Shown in pieces: positions 50,075-63,038 of a DNA stretch of 64,000 nt. The notes under the pieces were generated by a model. It saw nothing but the letters and a program-made list of their open reading frames with translations. It had not been told where the DNA came from and did no database searches. How positions within the stretch are numbered: the first letter of the stretch is position 1; each line of letters starts with the position of its first letter. Origin of the DNA: Ginglymostoma cirratum (lineage: Eukaryota); the NCBI GenBank assembly GCA_024137785.1, contig JAHRHZ010000082.1, positions 13,013,873-13,077,872 of the forward strand, read 5' to 3'. A program made the translations under genes and the position numbers.

Positions 50075-50605
50075 CAGACAAGTGGTTAGGCAGAAGATAC
50101 AAAAGTTTGAGAACACATACCAGTAGATTCAAGAGCAGGTTCTTCCCCACTGTAACAGACTTTTGAATGGACCTCTCACATATTAAAGTTAATCTTTCTC
50201 TGTACCTTTCTGTAGCTGTAACACTATAATCTGCGATAACAAGGTGTAGAGCTGGATCAACACAGCAGGCCAAGCAGCATCAGAGGAGCAGGAAGGCTGA
50301 CATTTCGGGCCTAGACCCTTCTTCAGAAGGGTCTTCTTCAGGTTTTCTGAAGAAGAGTCTAGGCCCGACATGTCAGCCTTCCTGCTCCTCTGATGCTGCT
50401 TGGCCTGCTGTGTTCATCCAGCTCCGCACCTTGTTATCTCAGATTCTCCAGCATCTGCAGTTCCTACTATCTCTGAAACACTATAATCTGCATTTTGTTC
50501 TATTACCCTGATGCACTTATGTAAGGTAAGATTTGCTTAGGTAGCACGTAAAGCAATACTTTTCACCGTATCTTAGTACGTGACAATAATAAATCAAATC
50601 AAATT
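50075..50605 (+). mobile_element. Rex1/Babar 3' fragment interrupted by a palindromic pLTR element
   Basis: GRRYKSL.T.TSRFKS.FFPTV.RLLNG; aatca-repeat tail. Confidence 0.75.
50235..50476. mobile_element. palindromic double-pLTR mini-element with a hammerhead remnant on each strand
   Basis: 15-bp TSD aacactataatctgc 50220-50234/50477-50491; ~90-bp inverted arms. Confidence 0.85.
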
Positions 50606-52539
50606 GTTAGCATATGAAATAAGTTAACATTCTTAACCAGGGCCTGTAAAGGGTTAATTGGATTCTGATAAAGTAAAATGGCCTTTTAAGGATTGGTGGG
50701 TAAAACCCTCCAGCTGAATGATGAGGGAGTGTTTGATGTTGCTCTAATGGGAAGCAATAGAGACCTGTGTTGTTTGACAGGACTGCACATGGATAACAAG
50801 AATTCCATTCTAAAAACATTCGTTGGATGGAGGCGAATATGAATTACTGATGTCAAGCTGTTATATATTTTGGCAAAATGGACATTTTTAAATCAGCATT
50901 TAAACTAATTTAATTCTGGTACCTGACATTCACCTGACATCCTACTATACCAGCTTAGTATTTAATCAGTTTTTCAGTACATTTACATCTGGAATGAGAC
51001 TTTGTTACAAAGCATTACATCCAATCTTACGTCATCAGTAACAGTCTGTGAGCGTGGTACAATACACACACTGACACACCTTCAGGATTTCAGATCTAAC
51101 ATTCCCTTGAGCTGAGATGATGAGTAGGAGGAGGATTGTTGAATACGAATGAAACACTGCAGCTTAGTTTGATATCCTTATCTTTCACTGCTCACACATC
51201 CCAGTGGAGTCTCTGAATAATAATCATCAGTAATACTGCTTGATTTCCCTCCTCCATTACCTCAAGGCAATTTAATTTTGCCTTTGGTGAGACCACATCT
51301 GTAGCACAGTGTTTACTTTTTATCCCACTCGCTTGAAAAGAGCATCATGTGCTGGAGAAGATGGCTCAGTGCAAAGATATAGGAAAATGTTAGTATTTAA
51401 AGGAATGAATTATCGAGAGCAATTAACTGGAACTTTCTAGAAGGCTGAACTTGATTTTATGTTTGAGAGGGAGAACAAAGAGAGTAAAGCTTTAAATTTC
51501 AGCAAGGCAATCATCAGAGGTGAGAAATAAATTGACTGCAATAAAACTGAATGGAGCAGTTAATGAGTAAAGCCTCAGAGGAAAAGTGGGAACTATTCAA
51601 AGAGGATCTTGATACAGATCAAGTTCTGGCAGGGCCCCTGATCATGGGAGTAGGGGATGTCCAGGAATTTGTGGAAACCGTGGTGGATGGGTAAGTAGCT
51701 CCCAGGTAGGCCCAAAGCCTGAATACCAGTTCCCCACCATTGCTGTCCTGTATCCTCGCTGTTTTAGCAGCTCAGTGAGGGTGGTTTCATTTTAATGGAA
51801 GAATGCTCTTTGGTGAAAGGTAGAAAACATCTTGGATAATCTCCTGACCAAGTGGGATGGCTGCGTGTAAGCACGGACACAAAAACCTGTCCATACCCGA
51901 TAAGGCAAAAGTGGTACACATGCAATTGCACATTGTCAGCAATTGTAAATATTGTTAAATAGAGACTAGTAGTTGAAGCTCTTTTGTCTTACACTCATCT
52001 GAGCTAGAACACAAAAAATAGATCTGAACACAAGCACTCCACTTTATCCGGCATGAGAAGAGGGTGCTGATTGGTTAGACCGTCATTGGTCGAGAGATGC
52101 AGCAAGAACGGTTAACTGTCAATTTCAAATCCCAGAGCAGGCAGGTAGATTCTGATTGGACAGGACGTTGCCAGGGGACACAGCAGAGATTGGCTATCTC
52201 CATGACCACTTTTTTTCAGAAAATGGTACAAAGTTTGTACAAATTCCATTTTGCCTACGTAAAACAGGGTCCTGAGTAGTTTTTGGATTTCAAGCACCTG
52301 CAAATACATGACACTGCAGGCTAGCTGATGATGTTAAATTGGTTCCTAGTTCACTCTGAGCGCAGCCTAGATCATTTAATGGATATTTCCAACAGCAAAT
52401 TTAGATCTAATGGTGGACAATCTTTTATGAGGTTGCAAGCACAGGCTGGTTGAGCTTGAGTGTCAAGCTGCCCACTGCAGATGGTTCAATATATTGCACA
52501 TTGTTCAATATGGTCTGTCAGTCAATGGGGTGATGATTG

Positions 52540-53040
52540 ATTGATTTTATTGTCACGTGTACTGAAACACAGTGACAAGCTTTGTTTAGAAGTGGTACAG
52601 GCAGAACACAGCAAAGGATGCACAGATCAAAAAGACTTAAAGGCATACAAGTTACATTGCAGGTTACATTATTTGAGGTAAGAGTCCATTCAACAGTCTA
52701 ATAACAGCCGGGAAGAAGCTGTTCCTGAACCTGCTCGTGTGTGTGTTCAAGCTTCTGTATCTCCTGCCTGATGGAAAAGGTTGTAGGAGAGCATTACCGG
52801 GGTGCAAAGGACCTTTGATGATGTTGGCTGCCTTTCTACGGCAGCGAGCCATGTAAATAGAGTCCATGGATGGAAGGTTGGCTCCTGTGATGGTGTGTGG
52901 GCTGTGCACATACCTTCTGTAGTTTCTTACAGTCCTGGGCAGAGCAGTTGCCATACCAGGCTGCTATGCATCCGGACAGTTTGCTTTCAATGGTGCATCT
53001 ATAGACATTGGTGAGGGACCTTATGGACATGCCAAATTTC
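52540..53040 (-). mobile_element. Rex1/Babar LINE 3' fragment
   Basis: YRCTIES.LSGCI.AWYGNCSAQD.KKLQ and HPG..L..P.PSGRRYRSL...TSRFRNSFFPAVIRLLN. Confidence 0.88.
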
Positions 53041-53559
53041 TATACCTGTCATCACACTGGCACTGAACCACAGATATCACATCACAGGGGATCTTCGATT
53101 TATGAACATCTAATTTATGAACAATTGTACCTATGAGCAAAGGATGTAATTTTAAAGATCCAACACATCAACTTGTCCTGTACTTATGAACGGCTCGTGC
53201 ATTTGTTCTGCCCTGCATGCTGACTGCAGTACCGAACCCATTGACAACACAGGGACTGCCTATACTGGTTGTGGGGTGGGGGCAGTATGTCTTTTTGGCT
53301 CAAGAGCAGAATCCAGTTAGTAAGGAAAAACAACTTATGGCTTAACTACATAGTAGCGGTGGGAGACAGCTAGTCATTCAAATAGTTGAGACATCTTCCA
53401 CTTCCGGGGTAATCTTTGGTAGAAACAAAAACAGAAATTGCTGGAGAAACTCAGCAGGTCTGGCAGTATCTTAGAGAGAAAACAGAGTTAATGTTTGGGA
53501 TCCAGTGACCCTTCTTTGGAACAATCTGTGTTAGACTGTGTATCGGTCAGGGCCACAAG

Positions 53560-53965
53560 TGGTGAACATAGCCCTTTTGCGATTAAACCACAACTGATGA
53601 TTTGATCAGTTTACCCACTATCATACAGGATAGTTTTGAAATGCCTCATGTCAACATCAAGTTTGTACAATGAGCAGATGGCTAGGACCCTATTCATGAG
53701 GTACTCAATAAGATTGGTCTTGCAGTATGTGGGGCTATAGGAATCCCATATGTATATTGACCAGTGAATGCTGCCTTTCGGTAAATAGTAATTGAGAACT
53801 CTGACAGATTTCTCAACTAATACATCAAGAAAGGAGAACCTGTTTAATTGCTCCATTTCAATGTTAAATTTGAGCACAGGATAGAGTTATTAAGCTATGC
53901 AGACATTTTTTGGTGCAGCTGAGGATTTAAATATTGCAACCATGTCATCCATATCTCAAAAATTT
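53560..53965 (-). mobile_element. Penelope-like RT fragment of a different (Poseidon-like) lineage
   Basis: RY.DD, LKF.IEMEQ....FLDVLVEK, WDS.SP...K.NLI..L..R...ICS motifs. Confidence 0.68.
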
Positions 53966-54053
53966 GCATTGTCAGCAAATGAGGTTGAAAGATTGCATCA
54001 AGCTGAAAGAAGAGGATTATCTAGATACAAGAAAAAGTGGGACTGCTTTAATT

Positions 54054-54345
54054 GTGCTACAACCAGATCCTCGGTGGGGTTCCCCAACTTGTTACCGTTC
54101 CAGACGGAATTCCCCAAATCACCAAGCTCCTGGGTGAGAAAGGATGAACCAACTCCCCTTCTTTATTGTCCCCCACCTCCTCAGTTGGTGGCAGCAAGGT
54201 TAATTTGAAAAGATTTCCTTCCTTACAGATGCCTTTCTCCCACATGAAATGAATTTGTGTTTTAAAAGGAGCCAATGTAAACAGAGTTCATTAGTTTCTA
54301 AATATGAGAAGCAATTAGAAGGCAACACACATGCACAGATTATTG
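54054..54345. repeat. dispersed LTR-like repeat, related copy at ~58860-59160
   Basis: Shared blocks ttgttac.gttcca.ac, caaggttaatt.gaaa, tgttttaaaaggagccaat.taa. Confidence 0.55.
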
Positions 54346-55013
54346 AGAAGTGAGTCCAAGAAAAGACAAGAGTTAAAAGACATATAGATCGGACATAGAG
54401 ATAAAAAAAACTGCAGTTGCTGCAGTCCAAGGGAGACAGACAGGAGGCGAGAAAAACACAGCAAGCCAGGCAGGATCTGGAGCAGGAGAAGTCATCGTTT
54501 AAGGTATTACCCTTCTTCAGGACTGGATGTAGGGGCAGGCGGAGCTGCAGTTAGAGCCCTACCTACCCCCACACCCAGTCCTGAAGAAAGATAATACTCT
54601 AAACGTTGACTTCTCCAAAATAGATCAGACTCTCTGGGTTGACTGTGAGTAATAGATTGTGGAACGTTGATATTGATCAATGATATTGAAATTTTTACCT
54701 TGGCAGTTGATGAAATCCTTTTGTCTTCTTTCGTTTTTGTGGTGTTTGGGTGGCAACTCTCTGAGTGAGCATGCTTCTGTTGCCCCGTTTTCCTTTAACT
54801 GCCCTGTTAGCCAACTGACTTGCAGTGTGCAGAGTGAAAGAATCTTTTTACCCGCAATGCAGGGGTATTAGTGGGTGTTTCTTTGACTGCGATCTTCAAA
54901 GCATACTAGCATTTGAACCCAGGCTAGTATACACAGTTCACTAGCATGCCTGCTTTCACTAACACGCCTTTCACAACAAATATGGACCAAGGATATAATC
55001 AGTTTTTGGTAAT

Positions 55014-56200
55014 AGATAACACAATGTGGAACTGGAGGAACACAGCAGCATCAGAGCAGCATGAAAGCTCACATTTCAGGTCAGGACCGTTTTTCAGAAA
55101 TGGGGGAGGGGGAAGGGAGCTCTGAAATAAATAGTGGGAGGAAGGGTGGGGCTGGGGACAGTGGTGGGACAGTGATTGGTGAGTGCAGGTAGGCAGTGAT
55201 GGGGATTGGTCAGTGAGGTGTGAGGAGCAGGTAGGTGAGAGAGAAGACGGACAGGGCAAGAAGGCAGGGATGAGAGGGAGGGTTGGTCTTGGGATGGGGC
55301 TGGGGATGGGGGTATTTTGAAACTAGTAAAGTCCACATTGAGACCATTGGGCTGTAGGCTCCCGAGGCGGAATATGAAGTACTGCTCCTCCAGTTTACGA
55401 GTGGTGTCATTGTGACACTGGAGGAGGCCCAGGATGGACATGTCACCCAGGGAGTGGGAAGGGGGCGTTGAAATGGTTCGCAACTGGAAGATGTTGATAT
55501 TTGTCGCGAACAGAGCGCAGGTGGTCTACAAAGCGGTCTCCGAGCCTCCACTTGGTCTCACCGATGTAGAGGAGGCCACATCGGGAGCAGCGGATACAAT
55601 AGACCACATTAGCAGATGTGCACGTGAACATCTGCCTGATGTGGAAGGTTTATTTGGTGCCTTGGATGGAGGTGATGGGGGAGGTGTAGGGGCATGTGTA
55701 GCACTTCCTGCGGTTGCAGGGAAAAGCGCCAGGAGTGGTGAGGCTAGTAAGGAGTATGAAGCGGACAAGGGACTCGCGGAGAAAGCAGTCCCTATGGAAG
55801 GCAGACAGGGGTGGAGAGGGAAATATAACCTTGGTTGTGGGGTCAGATTGCAGGTGACAGAAGTGGCGGAGAATGATATGTTGAATCCAAAGGTTAGTGA
55901 GATGATACGTGAGGACAAGGGGGATTCTGTCATTGTTTTTGTTGTGGAGAGGAGATGTGAGGAGATAGAAATGAGTGGTGCAGGCTGGCGAACAATGACG
56001 TTGCAGGCTGTGGGCGGGAGGTCACCTGAGATGATAAGGTTATGAATGGTCTGAGAGATGATGTTTTGGTGGTCAGGGCTGGGGTCGTGATCAAGGGGGC
56101 AGTAGGAGGAGGTGTCAGAGAGCTGGCGCCTGCCCTCAGCCATGTAAAGGTCAATGCGCCATACCACAACAATTGTACAAAGCCTTGGTCAGGCCCCATC
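55014..56200 (-). mobile_element. older Penelope-like copy with internal deletion (pre-RT segment joined to EN and pLTR)
   Basis: WRIDLY.AE..RQLSDTSSY.PLDHDP then NVVYCIRCSRCGLLYIGETK. Confidence 0.88.
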
Positions 56201-57501
56201 AAAATATTACATTCAGTTTTAGACTCTATGCGTCAGGAATTATACGTAGATACAGGGGTAAGAGCAACTGAGATTAACCAAAAAGATTCTAGAGTTAAAG
56301 AATGGGGAGGCGCTTACATAATCTCGAATTGTATATCCTTGAAGAGGTGTGATTTAATTGAGGTGCTTAAGATCACTCAATAGAGCACATAGAAATTATT
56401 TCCTCTGGAAAAGGGGAAATCAAAACAAGAGGCCACAATTATTCTCGCTTCTTTTCGTTCCGAATTCTCCCCATGTTTGCACAATGTGTGGGTCTGTTGT
56501 GGTAATAGCTGCACTGCCTGGTGTAACAAAGCAGAAACTATGCACTTGGGATCACTCAGCAGTACACAAGGGGCCTTGCCACAGACAATATAACAGCTGC
56601 TGTGCTTGCAGAGCTGTGTAAATTGCACTACCATTGTTTAATGGAGCTCTCAGGGACTGATCCGAACACTTAGCAACAATACTTCATCTGAAAGGCAGAG
56701 CTAAAGGTAACAAAGACATTGAAACTATGTGGCAAACATTTGTGTGTTATCTTGATTGAAAGCCCGTCAGAGCTGCGGAAAAATTCTCCATGATTTACCA
56801 TTAACAACTTGCAGTATCTGATCAGGAAAATGTCTGGTATTCCATCCCACACCTTTGCTGTAATGTGTTGTTGCAAAGAATAAAGCTAATTATTTTTAGC
56901 ACTGAATGAGTAATAGTCTCTTTCAATGTATCATATTGGGATCCAACAACATCAATCATTGAACTACAATTGAAACTGTAAAGGCAGCTCAATTTGTTGA
57001 TAAAGTCATCTTCCAGTGTAGCACTAGACTATTTACACCAGCAGTTTTGTTATTCCAAGTTCAGTCTGCATTCAGATAAGAGGTTTTTTCATAGCAACCG
57101 TAAGTTGTTATAATGGTCCAGATCGGGGGAGGTTGGAATAACCAGCCAAAAGTTTCTGTTGTTAGTTGTAAGCCATATACAGTGACAATTCATGTCTGGA
57201 TCTTGAGTTTGTAGTTTCGGGCTGCAATGACTGCACTCCCACATCATCTGCTGACTGAGTTCCTGCTTTAAGATTGGCTGACGACTGACATTAAGCCAGC
57301 CTGTGCCTGTGGAACCTTCCTACAGGAGGAAGTGCAGAGCAATGTCTGCTTGGCTCATTTTCATGTGGTTTTCAATATACTGGCAATCTTTTCCCTCTAT
57401 ACTATAGACAGCACAAGTAGATCAGCTGTTAGAAGCAGTGGAGCTTATTTTCCACTGGGGGGGAGGTGACCTTAATTGAACTGTGTGGGATTCCAGGCTT
57501 A

Positions 57502-57659
57502 GAGATAAAAGGTACTGCAGATGCTGGAGAATCCGAGATAACAAGCATGGGGCTGGATGAACACAGCAGGTCAAGCAGCATCATAGGAGCAGGAAAACTT
57601 GACGTTTCGGGCCTAAACCCTTCATCAGAAATGGGGGAGGGGAAGAGGGTTCTGAAATA
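57502..57659 (-). mobile_element. young solo pLTR with intact hammerhead core (57601-57628)
   Basis: Nearly identical to 24491-24648; reverse complement CUGAUGA-A-GGGU(UUAG)GCCC-GAAACGUC. Confidence 0.88.
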
Positions 57660-60600
57660 TTCTCTGTTTTCTTTCTATGCCCGGAACTATACATGCCCTG
57701 TAACTCTCTTGCTTTTCCTGGCAGGAATGCTCACTGTTTGCTGTAGACTGGCTCCATCCTTGGATGAGCTGTTATTTGGACCCAGCCCTAGAAACCACGG
57801 CAAAATAGATAAATTGACACCACTATTGAAATAAAAGAAGGTTCGCATGTAAATCACTTTTCTGGAAGAGGTTTTATAATGACACGGGAATACACAACAC
57901 AACCCGCTCAGGCAATGTAGCTGACTGACAACCATTAGTGTCACTGAGCTACTTTCTGGAATGTTTATTTTTATCAGGCTTTGAGAATTGAACCACTCAG
58001 GATGTTAGTTATTGAAATTTTTATCTGCACTGCCCACTATACAAGTTTCAGTTACAATTTAAATCACTGTGTATTGACAAAATGGAAACTGGCCTCTTGG
58101 AAATATCTGAGATTTTGTGGGCATTGACCAGTGTTGGGGTTAGAGAGATCACAACTATAGGATGCCATTAATGGGGAGGCGATGGTCTAGTGGTATTATC
58201 GCTGGACTGTTAATCCAGAGACCCAGATAATGTTCTGGGTACCCAGGTTTGAATCCCGCCACAGCAGATGATAGAATTTGAATTCAATAAAATATCTGTA
58301 ATTAAGAATCTAATGTTGACTGTGAATCAATTGTTGGGAAAAGCCCACCTGGATCATTAATGCCTTTTATGGAAGCAAACTGCCATCCTTACCTGGTCTG
58401 GGCCTACCTGTGACTCCAGACCCACAGCAATGTGGTTGACTCTTAACTGCCCTCTGGGCAATTAGGGATGGGCAATAAATGCTGCCTAGCCAGCAACACC
58501 CTCGTCCTGCGAATGAATAAATTTTTTAAAAAATCACATAATGGTTTTACATGTTTCCTGATGGCCTCGGTTAACCTCATTTCTCTCAGTTAATCAACAA
58601 CACGTCATTTGCTAATAGTTTCACTTCATGATTTTAAACTCACATAGCAGGGACCATTGTGCAGTGTGTAGGACAGCACCATCATGTTCCCTGACACACA
58701 CACGACAGAAAACATCGTTGTTTTAGAATCACATATTCCCATTGGGTTGAAACTAACACCACTGACCTCAGAAAAACCCAGACACTTATCAGGAGACGAT
58801 CGGCTAGTCGGTAATGACAGTTACACCAGAGACAGCGTTAAATGTATTTGCTTTCATGATGTTAAGGCCAAAGCCTGAGCAAGATTCTTCAATTTGTTAC
58901 AGTTCCAAACAGGATACCCCAAATTGTTCAGCTCCCGCATGAGGAGGAATGATCTGGCTCTCTCCTTTGTCCACACAGTCCCTTCGCTTGATCGCGACAA
59001 GGTTAATTCGAAAAGGATCCCTTCCTGAAAATATATCTCTCCCAGACCCAAATGGAACCATGTTTTAAAAGGAGCCAATTTAACCAAGTTTTCTTAAATT
59101 AATAAGAAGAGTGAGCTCATGAATTACTAAACACACATGACACAATATACATACACAGAGGAGAGGTAACAGGTCAAGGTCAGTGCTACCAATAACCTCC
59201 ACCGCAACGACCATAATGTTCAACAACCTGCTCCTTGTGAATAATTCAGACACTGATCTATAAATATGTTTTTTTTTTTAACTTCTTCCTTTTGGACTCA
59301 CCTCTTATTTCTATTACTCATTTTAATTGTATTTAGTAATTTAAAAGCTCTCTCTTTTGAAAGCCTGGTTAAAGAAGCTCCTTTTTAAACCATAAGTTCA
59401 TTTGAAGCTGGGACAAAGGTATCCACAAACACAACTGTTTTTGAGCTAGTCTTGTTCCAATCAACTAATGGGGGAGCAAGTAAGTAAGGAAAAGGAGCCA
59501 ATTCCTCCATCCTCACCAGAAAGCTAATAACTTTGTGGTAGCCTGGCGGGAGCTGTAACAAACTGAGAAACTTTACCTAGGGTTTGGGAGTAACACTACA
59601 CTGCAAATACAATTCACTGATGTGGGAGCATCTAGGGATCCCCTAAGAACATGGCAAGGCTAAATCAATGTGAGTTGATTCTGCTTCCTCTCCCAGGACT
59701 TCTGCAAATCTCTCCAGCTGACATGGCCAACAATGATAATGTGGTCCTTATCTCATTGCTGTCTGCAGGATCCCAGAGCAGGGATTGGCTGTCATATTTC
59801 TAATGTTGCAATAGTGACTGCAAAAAGTATCAATTTTACCGTAAGGTATTTTGGAGTCCAAAGAAAAAACATAAAGTTGAGTTTACCCAAAATGCCTATG
59901 CCCTTATCAAGATTCAAATTTAAGTTCATATCACCCATCACCCTAATGCTGATTAATATGGTCATTGGCTCTCATTTCAGCAATGCTTTGCTGTTAAAAT
60001 TCTATCTCTTGCTTTCAAGTCCCTCTATGGCCTTGCCTCTCTCTATCTCTGTCATTTCCTGTCACTGTACAGCCCTCTGAGATATCTGCACAAATCCTCA
60101 TGTGACCACCTCTGCATCTTTGATCCTAATTGCTCCACCACTGTGCGTTCAGCTGCCTAAGTCCAAAACTCTGAAATTCCCTGCCCAAATCTCCCCGACT
60201 CTCTCCTCTGCTTTCCCACTTCAAGACTTTCTTCAAAATGTACTTGTATGACTCCGCTGACCATCTGCCTTCGGCTCAGTGTCAAATTTGCTTTAGAAAC
60301 ATCACGGTGAAGCACGTTGCAATGCTTTCTTAAAGGCCCTTAAATAAGTACAAGCTGTCGGTGTTTGGATGCAGAAATAATTTACTGGTCCAAATGTTTA
60401 TGTTTGTTAACTTAGATGCTAATGTTGTTGAATGCTAAGTGACTCAATGATAGTGTAGTGGTTATTTTGCAGCATGAATAATTACCAGAGGCCTACACTA
60501 ATCTACTGTCAATGTGAGTTCAAATCCCATCATGATACTTTGTGAACTGAATTCATTTCATTAAATAAGTTTGTAATTAAAGAATTAGTTTCAGTAATAT

Positions 60601-60889
60601 AAGACTATGAAGTTAGTATTGTTAAAAAAAAACCTAACTCACTCACCAGTGCTGTTTAAGAAAAGAAACCTTGACATAGTCTGGCATAGATCTGACTCCA
60701 GATTCACAGAAATGCAGTTGACACTCTACTGCCCCCTGAAATGACTAGCAGGATACTCCGACAGCTCCTAGTTTCCAGGCTGATTCTAGATGGAGTGATT
60801 GCTGGCCTTTCCAACAATGCCACATCCTCTGAATTGTCTGTAAGACATATCATTGTAACCGGGTTCATAACCTGCTAATGTTAGGCATT

Positions 60890-61520
60890 ATTTTATTCAG
60901 TTATTGGAAGTAGATGTGCTGGCTGGGGCAGCATGTATTACCCTGTCCCTAAATGTCCTGAAGGAACTGACAGTGAGCTGCCTTCCACACCGCTACAGTC
61001 CTCGGAGAGGAGAGATGCCTCAGTACTGTTGGGAAGGGAGTTCCAGGACTGCAATCCAGCGACAGTGAAAAACAGTGATATAGTTCCAAGTCAGGATGTT
61101 CTGTGACATCGTGGGGAATTTGCAGGTGATGATGGTCCATTGATATGCTATCCTTATCCTTCTAGGTGTTCAAAGTTGCAGGACTGAAAGATGCTATCTA
61201 AGGAGCCTTGGTGAGTTGTTCCAGTGTATTCTGCATACTACTACCACTGTATATCAGATTATGGTGAAGGAAGTGAATGGTGGATGGAGTACCAATCAAG
61301 CTTTGTCCTGGAGATTGTCCAGTTTCTTAAGTGCTGTTGGAGTGGCAGGTAAATGTTGAGTTTTTCATCACACTCCTGACTTGTGCTTTGTAGATAGTGG
61401 ACGGTTATTTCGGAGACAGGAGCTGAGTTAATTACCACAGAATTCCCAGCCTTTGTTCCCAAGGTATGGTGGATCCAGTTCTGTTTCTGGTCAATGGTAA
61501 TCCTTTGGTTGTAGACATAG
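60890..61520 (-). mobile_element. 3' fragment of the same LINE family as 9840-11290
   Basis: Reverse complement of gcagctcac...ttcagg.c.tttagg...taatacatgctg tail and YKAQVRSV-like coding trace. Confidence 0.6.
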
Positions 61521-61917
61521 TACTTGATTTTGTTCACAGTTTGATTAAATATCTTCTTCCCCTTGCCCCGACTGTCAGGACCTTTTTGATACTTCATTGC
61601 TTTTCATTTTCAGCAACCAGACCTAGAACTTATAGATAAATACTTTGCAGCCAATCTAATTTCTTATTCTTCTGTGAACTTGGGTCAACATCAGCAGACT
61701 AAGCTCAGTAAATGTGCTAAAGTTGGTAGCTGTGTCTTCAGTTGTCTGGACCCTGAACTTTGGAATTCTATTCTTCAACTCTTTGCACCTCTACCTCTCT
61801 CTCCTCATTTAAGTTGTTCCTTAAAATCTGTGTGTTTTCCTAATATATTTTCATGTGGCTCAAGTCATGACTGATAATGCTCCTGACTCCTTACTACAAT
61901 AAAGATGCTACACATAA

Positions 61918-63038
61918 GAACAAAAAGAACATAAGAATGAAAGAGAAGTATGGCACAGGAACAGGCCCTTCGACCCTCCAAGCCTGTACCGATCATCATA
62001 CCCTGACTAAACTAAAAAACAAACCTTCTGCCCTTATTCAGTTCCTCTCCCTCTGTTCCCTCCCTATTCATGTAACCATCCAGATGCTTTTTAAATGTCA
62101 CCAACGTGCCTGCTTCCAGCATCTCCTCTGGCAGTGAGTTCCGGGCTCCTACCACTCTCCGTGTGAAAAGTCTCCCTCGCACATCTCTCTTAAATGCCCT
62201 CTCTACTTGAACCTGTGACCCCTTGTATTTAAAACTTCAACCCTGGGAAAAAGCCTCTGACTATCGACTCTATCTATGCCTCTCATTATTTTGTAAACCT
62301 CTATCAGGTCTCCTCTCAGCTGCCATCTTTCCAGTGAAAACAATCCTAGTCTTTTTAACCTTTTCTCATGGCCAATGCCCTTGAGACCGGGCAACATCCT
62401 GGTGAACCTTCTCTGCACTCTGTCCAAAACTTTCACATTCTTCTGATAATGTGGTGACCAAAACTGCACAGAATATTCCAAATGCAGCCTAACAAGGGTT
62501 TTATATAGCTGCAACCTGGTTTGCCAACTCTTGTTGTCCATGCCTTGGCCAATGAAGGCAAGCATGCCATATGCCTTCTTAATCACATTGGTCACCTGTG
62601 TTGCCACTTTTAGGAAACTGTGGACCTGCACACTCAGATCCATCTGTATGCTAAAGTTCCTAAGGGTTCTGCTATTTACAGTATAATTCACGCCTAATTT
62701 CGATCCTCCAAAATGCATCACTTCACATTAAACTCCATCTGCCATTTCTGTGCCCAGGTCGCCAATCTAGCTATATCCTGTTGTATCCTTTCACAATCGT
62801 CAGCACTATTAGCAACTCCACCAATCTTTGTGTCATCTACAAACTTACGAATCAGACCACCCACATTTTCCTCCAGATCATTTATATATACTACAAACAA
62901 CAGAGGACCGAAGACTGATCCCTGTGGAACCCCGCTAGTTACCGATCTCCATTCTGAAAAACACCCTTCCATCGCTACCCTCTGTCTTCTATGACCAAGC
63001 CAGTTTTGTATTTATCTAGCCAGCACATCCCAAATCCC
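61918..63038 (-). mobile_element. CR1-type LINE, RT to 3' end
   Basis: VTSGVPQGSV.GPLLFVVYINDLEE...KF.DDTKIG; LVR.HLEYSVQFWSPHY; GDLIEVYKIMRGIDRVD. Confidence 0.92.

Noticed and set aside
53085-53200. Possible Tigger/pogo-like terminal repeat (caggggatcttcgatttatgaac...)
   Set aside because: Only one decayed end seen; no partner TIR or TA TSD confirmed
53897-54208. 103-aa + strand ORF
   Set aside because: Spans the antisense of a Penelope RT fragment and an LTR-like repeat, so it is chimeric by chance
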